From: Ilumatobacteraceae bacterium
Lineage (GTDB): Bacteria > Actinomycetota > Acidimicrobiia > Acidimicrobiales > Ilumatobacteraceae
DNA: 52,786 bases
Direction: 5' to 3'
Assembly: GCA_017856815.1 (NCBI GenBank)
Contig: JAFMEI010000001.1
Span: 1 to 52,786 of the forward strand
This document shows, piece after piece, positions 19,514 through 27,476 of this stretch (position 1 is the stretch's first letter; the number at the start of each line of letters is the position of its first letter). The notes under the pieces are model-generated. The model did no database searches and had not been told where the DNA came from. It worked only from the letters and a program-made list of their open reading frames with translations. Both the position numbers and the translations under genes were made by a program.

Positions 19514-19948
19514 CTATTGCCCACCGTTGATGGCGGTGTCGTTTCCTGCGATCTGTCCGGTGCCTTGAGCGGTCATTCGCTCGTGGCGCGATGGTTCCCA
19601 AATTTCGATGCGATCGAATGATCCGGCAACCACGACTTTTGAATTGAGAGCTAGACCTGCGTATTCACGCATGCGCTCGTCAAGAGTGATGCGACCCTGC
19701 GCATCAATTGCGACTTCAAGAGTGTTGGCAGCGAGTGCGCGTTGGAAACTGCGATCGAGCTCACCACGGCGAACTTTCGCGAGTGTGTCTTCTACGACGC
19801 TTTCAAAGGTTTCAACCGTGAGGACGTCAATGCACTTGTCCTGGCCGAAGGCGACATAACACCGGGGTTCGAGGCGGGGACGGAACGACGCAGGTACAGC
19901 AAGGCGACCCTTGGGGTCGAGCTGCCGCTCGTGCGCTCCGACAAACAC
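19514..19948 (-). CDS. mraZ: transcriptional regulator MraZ
   Basis: 144 aa. MFVGAHERQLDPKGRLAVPASFR plus a second SpoVT/AbrB-like repeat (DAQGRITL). GTG start with GGAGG 5 nt upstream. Confidence 0.93.
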   Translation of the reverse strand: MFVGAHERQLDPKGRLAVPASFRPRLEPRCYVAFGQDKCIDVLTVETFESVVEDTLAKVRRGELDRSFQRALAANTLEVAIDAQGRITLDERMREYAGLALNSKVVVAGSFDRIEIWEPSRHERMTAQGTGQIAGNDTAINGGQ

Positions 19949-19969
19949 AACTTCCTCCGCTCAAGTGGG

Positions 19970-20069
19970 CTCCACTCGGGCTTTGGACCGCTCCACCGCC
20001 CCCCACTGGTCCCCATTCTTATCCCCATTTACCCCCTATGTCAACCATTTCCCCCCACTTAACTCCACT
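19970..20069 (-). promoter_or_regulatory. putative MraZ operator: array of phased ARTGGRG direct repeats
   Basis: Read on the minus strand, with + coordinates: AGTGGAG (20069-20063), AGTGGGG (20059-20053), AATGGTT (20049-20043, degenerate), ATAGGGG (20039-20033, degenerate), AATGGGG (20029-20023), AATGGGG (20017-20011), AGTGGGG (20007-20001), GGTGGAG (19997-19991), AGTGGAG (19976-19970). Centre-to-centre spacing is 10-12 bp, with one 21-bp step. Confidence 0.55.
20015..20044 (-). promoter_or_regulatory. candidate dcw/mraZ promoter: -35 TTGACA (20044-20039), 18-nt spacer, -10 AAGAAT (20020-20015)
   Basis: Perfect -35 hexamer and a 4/6 -10 hexamer on the minus strand, about 65 nt upstream of the mraZ GTG. 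Embedded in the repeat array. Confidence 0.45.
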
Positions 20070-20185
20070 TTCTGGGATGGCACACCCCAAGAAGTCGGAA
20101 CCGAAACGATAAAGCCCAATAAACACAGGGGTTTCCGGGGCGAAAACCGCTCCTCGGACGGGTGGAGGGAAGTGGGGCGTCGAAT

Positions 20186-20848
20186 TTAAAGGCGCTGTAA
20201 AAGGTCGCGTAAGGCTGCGAGTAGCTCGTTACGCCCTGCCTGCACTGGCACATGGGACGCAACAAGTCGATCGTGGTCGGCGCCGCTGGCGCCCATCACA
20301 GCCGCAAATCCATCCAGCCGCAATGCGGTGTAAGCACAGCATTGGAATCGGGCGCCATTGCGGTTTCGGCGTTGACTAATCCCCACTACCTTGCCGCCAT
20401 TGCTCATCACTTCGCCTGGCCCCTCACTAACGAAACAAACCTTTTGTCCCAGCGCATCCGTCCTCAGTGCACCTTCAACAACTTGGAGATCGACCAGGCT
20501 CGGATCAACGGCGGTAATCGCATCACGCCACAGCTCCCCAACCCAAAGAGGCGCAACACGGACATCTTCGGTCCAAAGTGAATCACCTCTTGGTATGACT
20601 AGGTCAATCCATACGACATCGCCTGCCGGCAGCCAAACTGCTCCCCCGCCTGAATTTCGGCGCGTGACATCGATACCGAGTTGCGCAGCGAGTTCATTAT
20701 TCGAGTCCGACTCAGGTTGATGTGATCCGAGCACAACAGTGTCGCGAGCAACGTTCAAGATCCATCCAGAGCGCACTGGATTGACGAGCAAGTCGGCTGC
20801 GTGGAAGTCGGCTACCGAACCGTTCCAGTCATGAAAAACCCAAGACAC
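20186..20848 (-). CDS. biotin/lipoate A/B protein ligase family protein (single-domain LplA/LipB-like)
   Basis: 220 aa. RRNSGGGAVW matches the RRxSGGGAV motif of the family. GGKVVGISQRR sits at the catalytic-lysine position. No LplA C-terminal accessory domain. Confidence 0.6.
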   Translation of the reverse strand: MSWVFHDWNGSVADFHAADLLVNPVRSGWILNVARDTVVLGSHQPESDSNNELAAQLGIDVTRRNSGGGAVWLPAGDVVWIDLVIPRGDSLWTEDVRVAPLWVGELWRDAITAVDPSLVDLQVVEGALRTDALGQKVCFVSEGPGEVMSNGGKVVGISQRRNRNGARFQCCAYTALRLDGFAAVMGASGADHDRLVASHVPVQAGRNELLAALRDLLQRL

Positions 20849-20863
20849 GAATCGACGCGGATC

Positions 20864-21361
20864 TCAGGATGCTTGTGCCAGGTAAGGCATCCACTCGTCG
20901 GGCACACGTGGCACGGTGAGGAAAATCCAGCCCAGTTCACGCGGCGCAAAAGGCCTGGTTTCAAGACGCATTCCGGCTTCTTCAGGGGTTCGGTCACGCT
21001 TTTTCAAGTTGCAGGGACGGCATGCCGCGGTCACGTTTTCCCACACATGCAAACCACCACGCGAGCGCGGCATTACGTGGTCAATCGAATCGGCACGTGC
21101 ACCGCAGTACTGACAGCGGTGCGAATCGCGGGCGAAAATTGCATGGCGCGACATCGCGGTGCGGCGCTGGTATGGAACCTTCACTACATACCTGAGACGA
21201 ATCACCAGTGGCGCCTTCATCGAGAAGCGTTCGGCGCGAACCTCATCGTCACCAGACTCAATCATGTCGGCCTTATCAGAAAGCACGAGGCAAACTGCGC
21301 GCCTAGCCGACACGATGCTCAACGGCTCGTAAGTTGCATTCAATACGAGCGCGTTTCTCAT
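20864..21361 (-). CDS. HNH endonuclease family protein (COG1403-like, about 165 aa housekeeping type)
   Basis: The HNH core is CQYCG...DHVMPRSRGG...WENVTAACRPCNLKK. The N-terminal VLNATYEPLSIVSARRA is typical of this short family. Confidence 0.8.
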   Translation of the reverse strand: MRNALVLNATYEPLSIVSARRAVCLVLSDKADMIESGDDEVRAERFSMKAPLVIRLRYVVKVPYQRRTAMSRHAIFARDSHRCQYCGARADSIDHVMPRSRGGLHVWENVTAACRPCNLKKRDRTPEEAGMRLETRPFAPRELGWIFLTVPRVPDEWMPYLAQAS

Positions 21362-21364
21362 GGG

Positions 21365-21610
21365 TCAGCTCCTACTGTCCCAACCCCTGCACCATTGCAG
21401 GTAACTAATCACATCATCAGGCGACATTGCCGCATCTGGGCGTCCGTATTGAGTGACCATACGAAAAGCAAGATAGTCGCTCGCGGGCAGTGGCAGAAAA
21501 GGAACGCGGTGCCACCATCCCGGCGAAGCGAGTCTGAAAACCTGTTTAACTGCGGTGCGCCACAACCGCGGGCGCACTAGAACTCTTCCAACCACCCGCA
21601 AAACGCTCAT
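21365..21610 (-). CDS. hypothetical basic Trp-rich 81-aa protein
   Basis: ORF tightly packed between the DUF3040 gene (5-nt gap) and the HNH gene (3-nt gap). I recognise no motif. Confidence 0.45.
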   Translation of the reverse strand: MSVLRVVGRVLVRPRLWRTAVKQVFRLASPGWWHRVPFLPLPASDYLAFRMVTQYGRPDAAMSPDDVISYLQWCRGWDSRS

Positions 21611-21615
21611 TGATT

Positions 21616-21969
21616 TCAGGCGTCTCCGGTGAAGCGATCTTTAAGGCGGCTGGAAGCAGATCTCGCATTACGCAGACTTGCTGTGACATCAGCGAGTCCA
21701 ACTTTGCTCATCTGACGCACTTGGCGCTCGATCACCAGACCACAACTCAACATGATCAAAAACCCTACGAACGAGAGCATGAAGTGAACTGATAGAGCGG
21801 CGATTAACACCACTAGACCCGCCACCATTCCCAGAACCGCCCAGCGAATGGTCTTTATTGAATGACGGTAAAGGCCTTTTGGCGAAACGACGTCAGCAAA
21901 TCTTTGATCATCACGGAGTTGATCCTCGATTTGGCGCAGAATGCGCTCTTCTTCTTCGTTCAGTGCCAC
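21616..21969 (-). CDS. DUF3040-family membrane protein
   Basis: 117 aa. N-terminal LNEEEERILRQIEDQLRDDQRFA resembles the DUF3040 signature (SEHEQRxLxEIE...DP.F). Two TM helices follow. GTG start. Confidence 0.7.
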   Translation of the reverse strand: MALNEEEERILRQIEDQLRDDQRFADVVSPKGLYRHSIKTIRWAVLGMVAGLVVLIAALSVHFMLSFVGFLIMLSCGLVIERQVRQMSKVGLADVTASLRNARSASSRLKDRFTGDA

Positions 21970-22020
21970 GGTCTCATTGTTTCACGCCCAAGGGGATTTC
22001 ACAACGCAGCCCCCACATTT

Positions 22021-22098
22021 AATGGCTCGGTCAACGTCATGCGGACCTCGCCTAATGGCTCGGTCAACGTCATGCGGACCTCGCCTAATGGCTCGGTC
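22021..22098. repeat. 33-bp perfect tandem repeat (2 full copies plus a 12-nt partial copy) spanning the dinB stop codon
   Basis: aatggctcggtcaacgtcatgcggacctcgcct occurs at 22021-22053 and again at 22054-22086. The first 12 nt recur at 22087-22098, inside the dinB 3' end. Confidence 0.95.
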
Positions 22099-23338
22099 CC
22101 CATGGACTCTCGCCGAGGTCGCGGCCATGACCCATTGCTGACAGTGGACCAATCGATTTATTTCCGAACCTTTTGCGGATCTCATCGATTGCCTCGGCTG
22201 CATCCATCCAATCCCCATCGCTTGGCTCTGAGTCAACAGTGTCAAGAGTCAACTGCACTTGGCTCTCGACAAAATTCGATACCGAAACACCGGCGAGTCG
22301 GACACCGCGCTCAATCTCGCATTGCGGCAGAAGCCGATCCAACGCAGATACGATCGCCTGCCCAGTGGTCACAGCCGCTTCAGGTGTAAAAGACCGCGTG
22401 AGATTACTGAAATCGCTATATCGAATCTTGAGGCTCACAGTTCGTGCCGCAACATCAGCTCGGCGTACACGCGCCGCTACGGCATCTGATAAGCGAACGA
22501 GATGAGTGCGTAGTTCACCTAGATCAATGATGTCCTCGGCGAAAGTTTCCTCGTGCCCAATCGATTTTGCGTCGCGTGATGAAACAACTGGCCGTGGATC
22601 AATGCCGCGCGCAAGATCAAAGAGTTGACTCCCCGCAGCCTGGCCCAGCGCGCCAGTCAGGACTCGGCGTTCCAGCTGTTTCAAATCAGCAACGGTTGCA
22701 ACTCCGAAACGCTCCAGTTTCTCCACGGTGGCAGCGCCTACACCCCACAACGAACGAACTGACATCGGCTCAAGAAACGTGGATGCGTAATCGTCAGTTA
22801 CCTCAAAGACACCTGGACCATCAACAATCTGTCCATCGACAATTTTTGGTTTGGCTGCTCGTGAAGCCAACTTGGCAAGAAACTTGTTGGATGCCACTCC
22901 CACGCAACACACGAGCCCCGTGTCACTCAGAACTCGGTCACGGATTTGCACACCAATTGATGAGGCCTCGCCAAAGAGTTGCACAGAGCCCGTCACATCA
23001 ATGAACGCTTCATCTAGTGCGACTCCTTCGACTTCCGGACTAAAGGAGTTAAAAACTTCATGCACGCGCTCGCTGTAATCCGCATAGAGATGCAAATCGC
23101 CTGGCAAGAACACTGCATTCGGGCACAGGCGTCGTGCTTGCGCGGATGACATCGCCGAATAAACACCAAACCTGCGAGCCTCATACGAAGCGGCCGCCAC
23201 CACACCGCGCGATCCAGTTCCACCCACAACTACTGGGAGTCCACGCAGGTCGGGTCGTCGCAAGAGCTCTACTGCCACGAAGAATGCATCCATATCCACG
23301 TGCAGGATGCGTTTCGGATCAGTATCTGCCACGGTCAA
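22085..23338 (-). CDS. dinB: DNA polymerase IV (Y-family)
   Basis: 417 aa. ILHVDMDAFFVAVE, SIDEAF-like LDEAFIDVT and VGVASNKFLAK motifs. Start is TTG 23338 or GTG 23332. Confidence 0.92.
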   Translation of the reverse strand: MTVADTDPKRILHVDMDAFFVAVELLRRPDLRGLPVVVGGTGSRGVVAAASYEARRFGVYSAMSSAQARRLCPNAVFLPGDLHLYADYSERVHEVFNSFSPEVEGVALDEAFIDVTGSVQLFGEASSIGVQIRDRVLSDTGLVCCVGVASNKFLAKLASRAAKPKIVDGQIVDGPGVFEVTDDYASTFLEPMSVRSLWGVGAATVEKLERFGVATVADLKQLERRVLTGALGQAAGSQLFDLARGIDPRPVVSSRDAKSIGHEETFAEDIIDLGELRTHLVRLSDAVAARVRRADVAARTVSLKIRYSDFSNLTRSFTPEAAVTTGQAIVSALDRLLPQCEIERGVRLAGVSVSNFVESQVQLTLDTVDSEPSDGDWMDAAEAIDEIRKRFGNKSIGPLSAMGHGRDLGESPWGPSH

Positions 23339-23354
23339 AGCCTACGATTACCTT

Positions 23355-23624
23355 GTGCCAGAGGCAGACAAACCACTCTCAGCTTTACCGTCGCGTGCCG
23401 CACGCGCTACCGCGTTCACAAGCATTCTTCTTGGCGGTTTACTCGGCGGGTTAATGGGTTACTTGCTAATCAACGTGCAATGTGAAGGCGATTGCCATGT
23501 CCAAAAGGGGCTTGCGGTGTTTATCGGCTCGGTCTCTTTTGCGATTGGAATGAGCATTGTGGCGGTGCTTGGGCTACGCGCGGTAGGCGAATGGCGCGAA
23601 GCTCGGGATGCGTTTGATGACTGA
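23355..23624 (+). CDS. hypothetical small membrane protein (2 TM)
   Basis: Two hydrophobic helices (FTSILLGGLLGGLMGYLLI and LAVFIGSVSFAIGMSIVAVLGL). Its stop overlaps the IMPase start. Start chosen at GTG 23355 to avoid overlap with dinB. The track ORF begins at 23307. Confidence 0.45.
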   Translation: MPEADKPLSALPSRAARATAFTSILLGGLLGGLMGYLLINVQCEGDCHVQKGLAVFIGSVSFAIGMSIVAVLGLRAVGEWREARDAFDD

Positions 23625-24408
23625 TCTCGGCACAGATCTTGTGGCCCTTGCCGAGAAACTCGCGCGTAGCGCAGGGAGCCTGGCATTGGCTGGTCGCAAA
23701 AAGGGCCTCACCGAAGTAGACACGAAAAGCACCGCCACTGACATGGTCACCGAATTCGATCGGGCAAGCGAAAGACTCATCGTTGATGGACTCATCGAAT
23801 CTCGCCCACACGATGCGATTGTTGGCGAAGAAGGTACGAGTCGCGATGGAACATCAGGCATTTCATGGTTTGTGGATCCCATTGATGGGACCACGAATTT
23901 TTTCTATGACCTGCCGAACTGGTGCGTTTCAATTGGGGCAAAAGATGCCGGCGGGACCGTTTGCGGCGTCGTGTACGTCCCAGCCCTTGATGAGATGTTT
24001 ACCGCCACTCGTGGGGGTGGAGCATGGTTAAACGGCAAACAAATTCACTGCGGCTCAATTGCGGAGCTTTCCCAGGCTCTTATCTGTACGGGTTTCAACT
24101 ACGACTCGAGTAATCGTGTTGCTCAAGCTGAACGAATCCTGAGATACATCGACAAAGTTCGTGATGTGCGTCGCTTTGGTGCTGCGGCAATTGACATTTG
24201 TTACGTCGCCTGTGGTCGACTCGATGGCTACTACGAGGAATATCTATGGCCATGGGATTACGTTGCGGCTGATCTGATTGCGCGCGAAGCGGGTTGCAGA
24301 ACTGGTGATCTCACGGGAGCACCAATTGATAATCGTGACGTCCTAATTTCAAATCCGACACTCTTTCCCCAATTGGTTACTCTCATCAGAGAGTCTGGAG
24401 GGAAATGA
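23608..24408 (+). CDS. inositol monophosphatase family protein (SuhB/ImpA/HisN-like)
   Basis: 266 aa. Motifs GEEG, WFVDPIDGTTNF and WDYVAA. An alternative ATG lies at 23617. Confidence 0.85.
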   Translation: MRLMTDLGTDLVALAEKLARSAGSLALAGRKKGLTEVDTKSTATDMVTEFDRASERLIVDGLIESRPHDAIVGEEGTSRDGTSGISWFVDPIDGTTNFFYDLPNWCVSIGAKDAGGTVCGVVYVPALDEMFTATRGGGAWLNGKQIHCGSIAELSQALICTGFNYDSSNRVAQAERILRYIDKVRDVRRFGAAAIDICYVACGRLDGYYEEYLWPWDYVAADLIAREAGCRTGDLTGAPIDNRDVLISNPTLFPQLVTLIRESGGK

Positions 24409-24722
24409 TGGCTTGGGATTCAACACGAAAAGTTCCGTGGAAGCGTCTGACCAAAGAGTGGTTTGTTTATCTGGTCATCATTCTCGTGGTCTTCGGCTTG
24501 TTCTTTAGCGACAGCGTGAACGCCGGCACCTTCCTGGGTCTCGCTTTGTCGGGACCCCTTTATGTTGGTTTTGGCGCCGTGATGGCGAAGTTCGGTTACG
24601 AACGCCAAAAGCTCATCCGCACTCCGCGCCCAAGCCAGCCGACAACACGGTCCACACCCCAACGCTCTCGTCCAGCGCCAACAAGCCGCACCGGAGCCCG
24701 CAAGGGGAACAAACGGCGATGA
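24405..24722 (+). CDS. hypothetical small membrane protein with basic C-terminal tail
   Basis: 105 aa, two TM helices, Arg/Pro/Thr-rich tail. ATGA overlaps with both neighbours. Confidence 0.5.
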   Translation: MMAWDSTRKVPWKRLTKEWFVYLVIILVVFGLFFSDSVNAGTFLGLALSGPLYVGFGAVMAKFGYERQKLIRTPRPSQPTTRSTPQRSRPAPTSRTGARKGNKRR

Positions 24723-26173
24723 CACAGCCTCTCGTGATGGCGCTCGATGCGGGCACCACTGGAGTGCGCGCGCGTTTGATTCGTAAAGATGGCACCTCTG
24801 TAGCAAGTGCCTATCGTGAATTTCCGCAGTACTTTCCTCAGCCTGGTTGGGTTGAGCACGATGCCAACGAGATTTGGGATGCGATCTGTGGGGTCATTGC
24901 AGAGGTAACACAGCACGGCTCCCCCGTTGCCATTGGCATTACGAACCAGCGCGAGACGATTGTTGCTTGGAGCCGCGCAACGAGCCAACCATTACACAGG
25001 GCGATTGTCTGGCAGGATCGCCGCACGGCAAATCATTGCGAGAGCCTCGGCGCCCACATTGACCGCGTGCGTACAACTACCGGCCTTGTACTTGACCCGT
25101 ATTTTTCTGGCACCAAATGTGCTTGGCTCATCAATGAAGGTGGCGTACCGGTCAGTGACGATTTGGCATTTGGCACCATCGACTCTTGGCTCGTTTGGAA
25201 ACTCTCAGGTGGCAAAGTTCACGCCACCGACCCATCTAATGCAAGCCGAACAATGTTGTTCGACATCGGCACAATGTCTTGGAGTGAGGAAATGTGCGCC
25301 CTTATCGGTGTACCGATTGAAGCACTGCCGCAAGTGCTGCCGTCATCTGGGATGTTCGCCGTGACAAGCGGCATTGAAGGCCTCTCCGACGGCACTCCAA
25401 TTTCAGGCATCGCAGGCGATCAACAAGCCGCGCTATTTGGTCAAGCATGCTTTGCGCCAGGCCAGGCCAAAAACACTTACGGCACGGGAAGTTTTGTGTT
25501 GATGAATATCGGCAACCATCTACCAGCACCGATGAACGGGATGCTCACAACGGTTGCCTGGGATCTTGGCGCTGGCCCCGTTTACGCACTCGAAGGTTCG
25601 ATCTTTGTTACCGGTGCAGCGGTTCAATGGTTACGAGATGGACTCCAGATCATTGAACAATCAAGCGAGACAGAAGCGCTTGCTCTGAGCGTGCCCGACT
25701 CCGGAGGTCTCGTTTTTGTGCCTGCGCTGACCGGACTCGGCAGCCCGTGGTGGGACCCCGACGCGCGCGGCGGCGTCTTTGGGATCACACGCGGCACCAC
25801 ACGCGCACACTTCGCCCGCGCCGCAGTCGAGTCGATGGTGTACCAAACTCGAGATGTCATTGAGGCAATGAACACCGCCCTTGAATCATCAGAAAGACCC
25901 ACATTGGTGGATCTTCGAGTTGATGGTGGCGCCTCGGCAATGAACTCGATGTTGCAAATGCAATCGGATCAGCTTGGAGTTTCCGTGCTGCGCCCTCGCG
26001 ATCTTGAGACGACTTCACTTGGTGCTGCATATTTGGCTGGGCTTGCAGTTGGGGTGTGGTCCTCGTTGGATGAGATCACCCAGAACTGGCATCTAGACAA
26101 ACGATTTGATCCTGGGCCTGCGGCCCCCGGATACGAGCAGTGGCTTCGTGCGCTGCAGCGGGTTCGCAACTAG
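24719..26173 (+). CDS. glpK: glycerol kinase
   Basis: 484 aa FGGY kinase with canonical GlpK motifs: QPGWVEHDANEIW, GITNQRETIVAW, IVWQDRRTA, YFSGTKCAWL, GDQQAALFGQ. Confidence 0.92.
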   Translation: MTQPLVMALDAGTTGVRARLIRKDGTSVASAYREFPQYFPQPGWVEHDANEIWDAICGVIAEVTQHGSPVAIGITNQRETIVAWSRATSQPLHRAIVWQDRRTANHCESLGAHIDRVRTTTGLVLDPYFSGTKCAWLINEGGVPVSDDLAFGTIDSWLVWKLSGGKVHATDPSNASRTMLFDIGTMSWSEEMCALIGVPIEALPQVLPSSGMFAVTSGIEGLSDGTPISGIAGDQQAALFGQACFAPGQAKNTYGTGSFVLMNIGNHLPAPMNGMLTTVAWDLGAGPVYALEGSIFVTGAAVQWLRDGLQIIEQSSETEALALSVPDSGGLVFVPALTGLGSPWWDPDARGGVFGITRGTTRAHFARAAVESMVYQTRDVIEAMNTALESSERPTLVDLRVDGGASAMNSMLQMQSDQLGVSVLRPRDLETTSLGAAYLAGLAVGVWSSLDEITQNWHLDKRFDPGPAAPGYEQWLRALQRVRN

Positions 26174-27042
26174 GCAATAAGTGCTGCACCAATTGCGGCT
26201 GCGTGTTCGCCAAGTTGTGCCCCGACAACTCTTGGTAATTCCCTCGCACTTGAGCCATACACATGATTTTGAAGTTTGCTGTTTAGGCGCGGGATCAAGA
26301 GGTCGGCAACAGTTGCTACCCCGCCGCCAATCACGATCAATTCGGGGTCGAGTGCGTAAACAATTGAGGCCAATCCAATACAAACTTGGTCGGCAAAGTT
26401 GTCAATGACTGCTAGCGCAGAAGCCTCGCCAGATCGCGCAGCTTCGGCAAGACTCTCGGGGCTGAAACCGGCTTTATCTGCCGCCGCACTCAATGCCGAA
26501 CCTGAAGCGAACAATTCCCAACATCCCTGACCACCGCAGGCACATGCGGGACCATTGCGTTCAACAGTCATATGCCCGAGTTCGCCTGCATAACCATTCG
26601 CACCGCGGACAAGCCTTCCGTCAACTATCAGACCGATTCCAATGCCAGTTCCCAAGCTCACGCAGGCGACATTGTTAGCTCCCCGACCAGCACCGAGTGT
26701 CCACTCAGCGAGAGCGGCAGTGGTTGCATCGTTGTCGACCGCAACTTTTGTGCCGACCTTCGCGGCAAGGAGTTCGGCAACATTTGCACGACTATCGAGA
26801 CTCAGATGTGGTGACTCTCGCAACACACCTTGGCGATCAACCAAGCCAGCAATTCCGATTCCAAATGTGGGCGCCGAACCCGTTGCTTTCGCTGCGAGCT
26901 CGAGCATCATCGCTGCGACAACATCAATTAGCGCCGCACCATCGACTGTTTGGCGTCGCAGCTCATTTTTCACCGAGCCGTCAACTAAAAGTACCCCCAG
27001 GCACTTGGTGCCACCGACATCGACGCCGACAGCGGCGGTCAC
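26170..27042 (-). CDS. ROK family glucokinase
   Basis: 290 aa. VGVDVGGTK, NDATTAALAE and the zinc motif GHMTVERNGPACACGGQGCWE. Confidence 0.85.
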   Translation of the reverse strand: MTAAVGVDVGGTKCLGVLLVDGSVKNELRRQTVDGAALIDVVAAMMLELAAKATGSAPTFGIGIAGLVDRQGVLRESPHLSLDSRANVAELLAAKVGTKVAVDNDATTAALAEWTLGAGRGANNVACVSLGTGIGIGLIVDGRLVRGANGYAGELGHMTVERNGPACACGGQGCWELFASGSALSAAADKAGFSPESLAEAARSGEASALAVIDNFADQVCIGLASIVYALDPELIVIGGGVATVADLLIPRLNSKLQNHVYGSSARELPRVVGAQLGEHAAAIGAALIA

Positions 27043-27473
27043 GATTCGAGCAGTGCCTTGAGTTCGCGCAGTGTGTTGACGATACGAACCTCAGCACGGC
27101 GCTTGATAAACCCCGGCAACGGGATCACGAGATCGACCGAAACGTCATAGGTGACCTTCGTGGTGTTCGGATCCTGAGAGGTGAATGTATACGCGCCACC
27201 GATTGATCGCATGATGTCGCCCTTGACCATTTTCCACTCGAGTCGAGCTGGCGCGGCGGAATAGTCATACGCAAGCGTGTAGTGAGTGCTACGACCCAGC
27301 GCCGATGCACGGTACTCAACCTCGGTAGCGCGACCTTGCGCGTCGCGCTTATGCACTACTACTTCTTTAACGTCGTGCGCCCACTTCGGGTAGGACTCGT
27401 AGTCGATCGCTGCACTGAAGCAGCGATCCAACGGTGCTGCAATGATCGCGGTCTGGGTTGCGGAGTCAGCCAT
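27039..27473 (-). CDS. SRPBCC (cyclase/dehydrase-like) family protein
   Basis: 144 aa. The pattern around YESYPKWAHDV is typical of polyketide_cyc2/SRPBCC proteins. Confidence 0.6.
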   Translation of the reverse strand: MADSATQTAIIAAPLDRCFSAAIDYESYPKWAHDVKEVVVHKRDAQGRATEVEYRASALGRSTHYTLAYDYSAAPARLEWKMVKGDIMRSIGGAYTFTSQDPNTTKVTYDVSVDLVIPLPGFIKRRAEVRIVNTLRELKALLES

Positions 27474-27476
27474 GTA

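Noticed and set aside
20864-21361. HNH nuclease as a marker of a mobile element, restriction system or phage-defence island
   Set aside because: There is no methylase, integrase, transposase, ATPase partner or flanking repeat. The short HNH type with the VLNATYEPL N-terminus looks like the widespread housekeeping family embedded in conserved synteny.
22021-22098. Tandem repeat considered as a CRISPR fragment
   Set aside because: The units are directly adjacent with no spacers. There are only about 2.4 copies and no cas genes.
23300-23420. Searched the dinB upstream region for an actinobacterial LexA box (TCGAAC-N4-GTTCGA) or a RecA-independent promoter motif
   Set aside because: No match was seen. 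The region is occupied by a divergently overlapping ORF.
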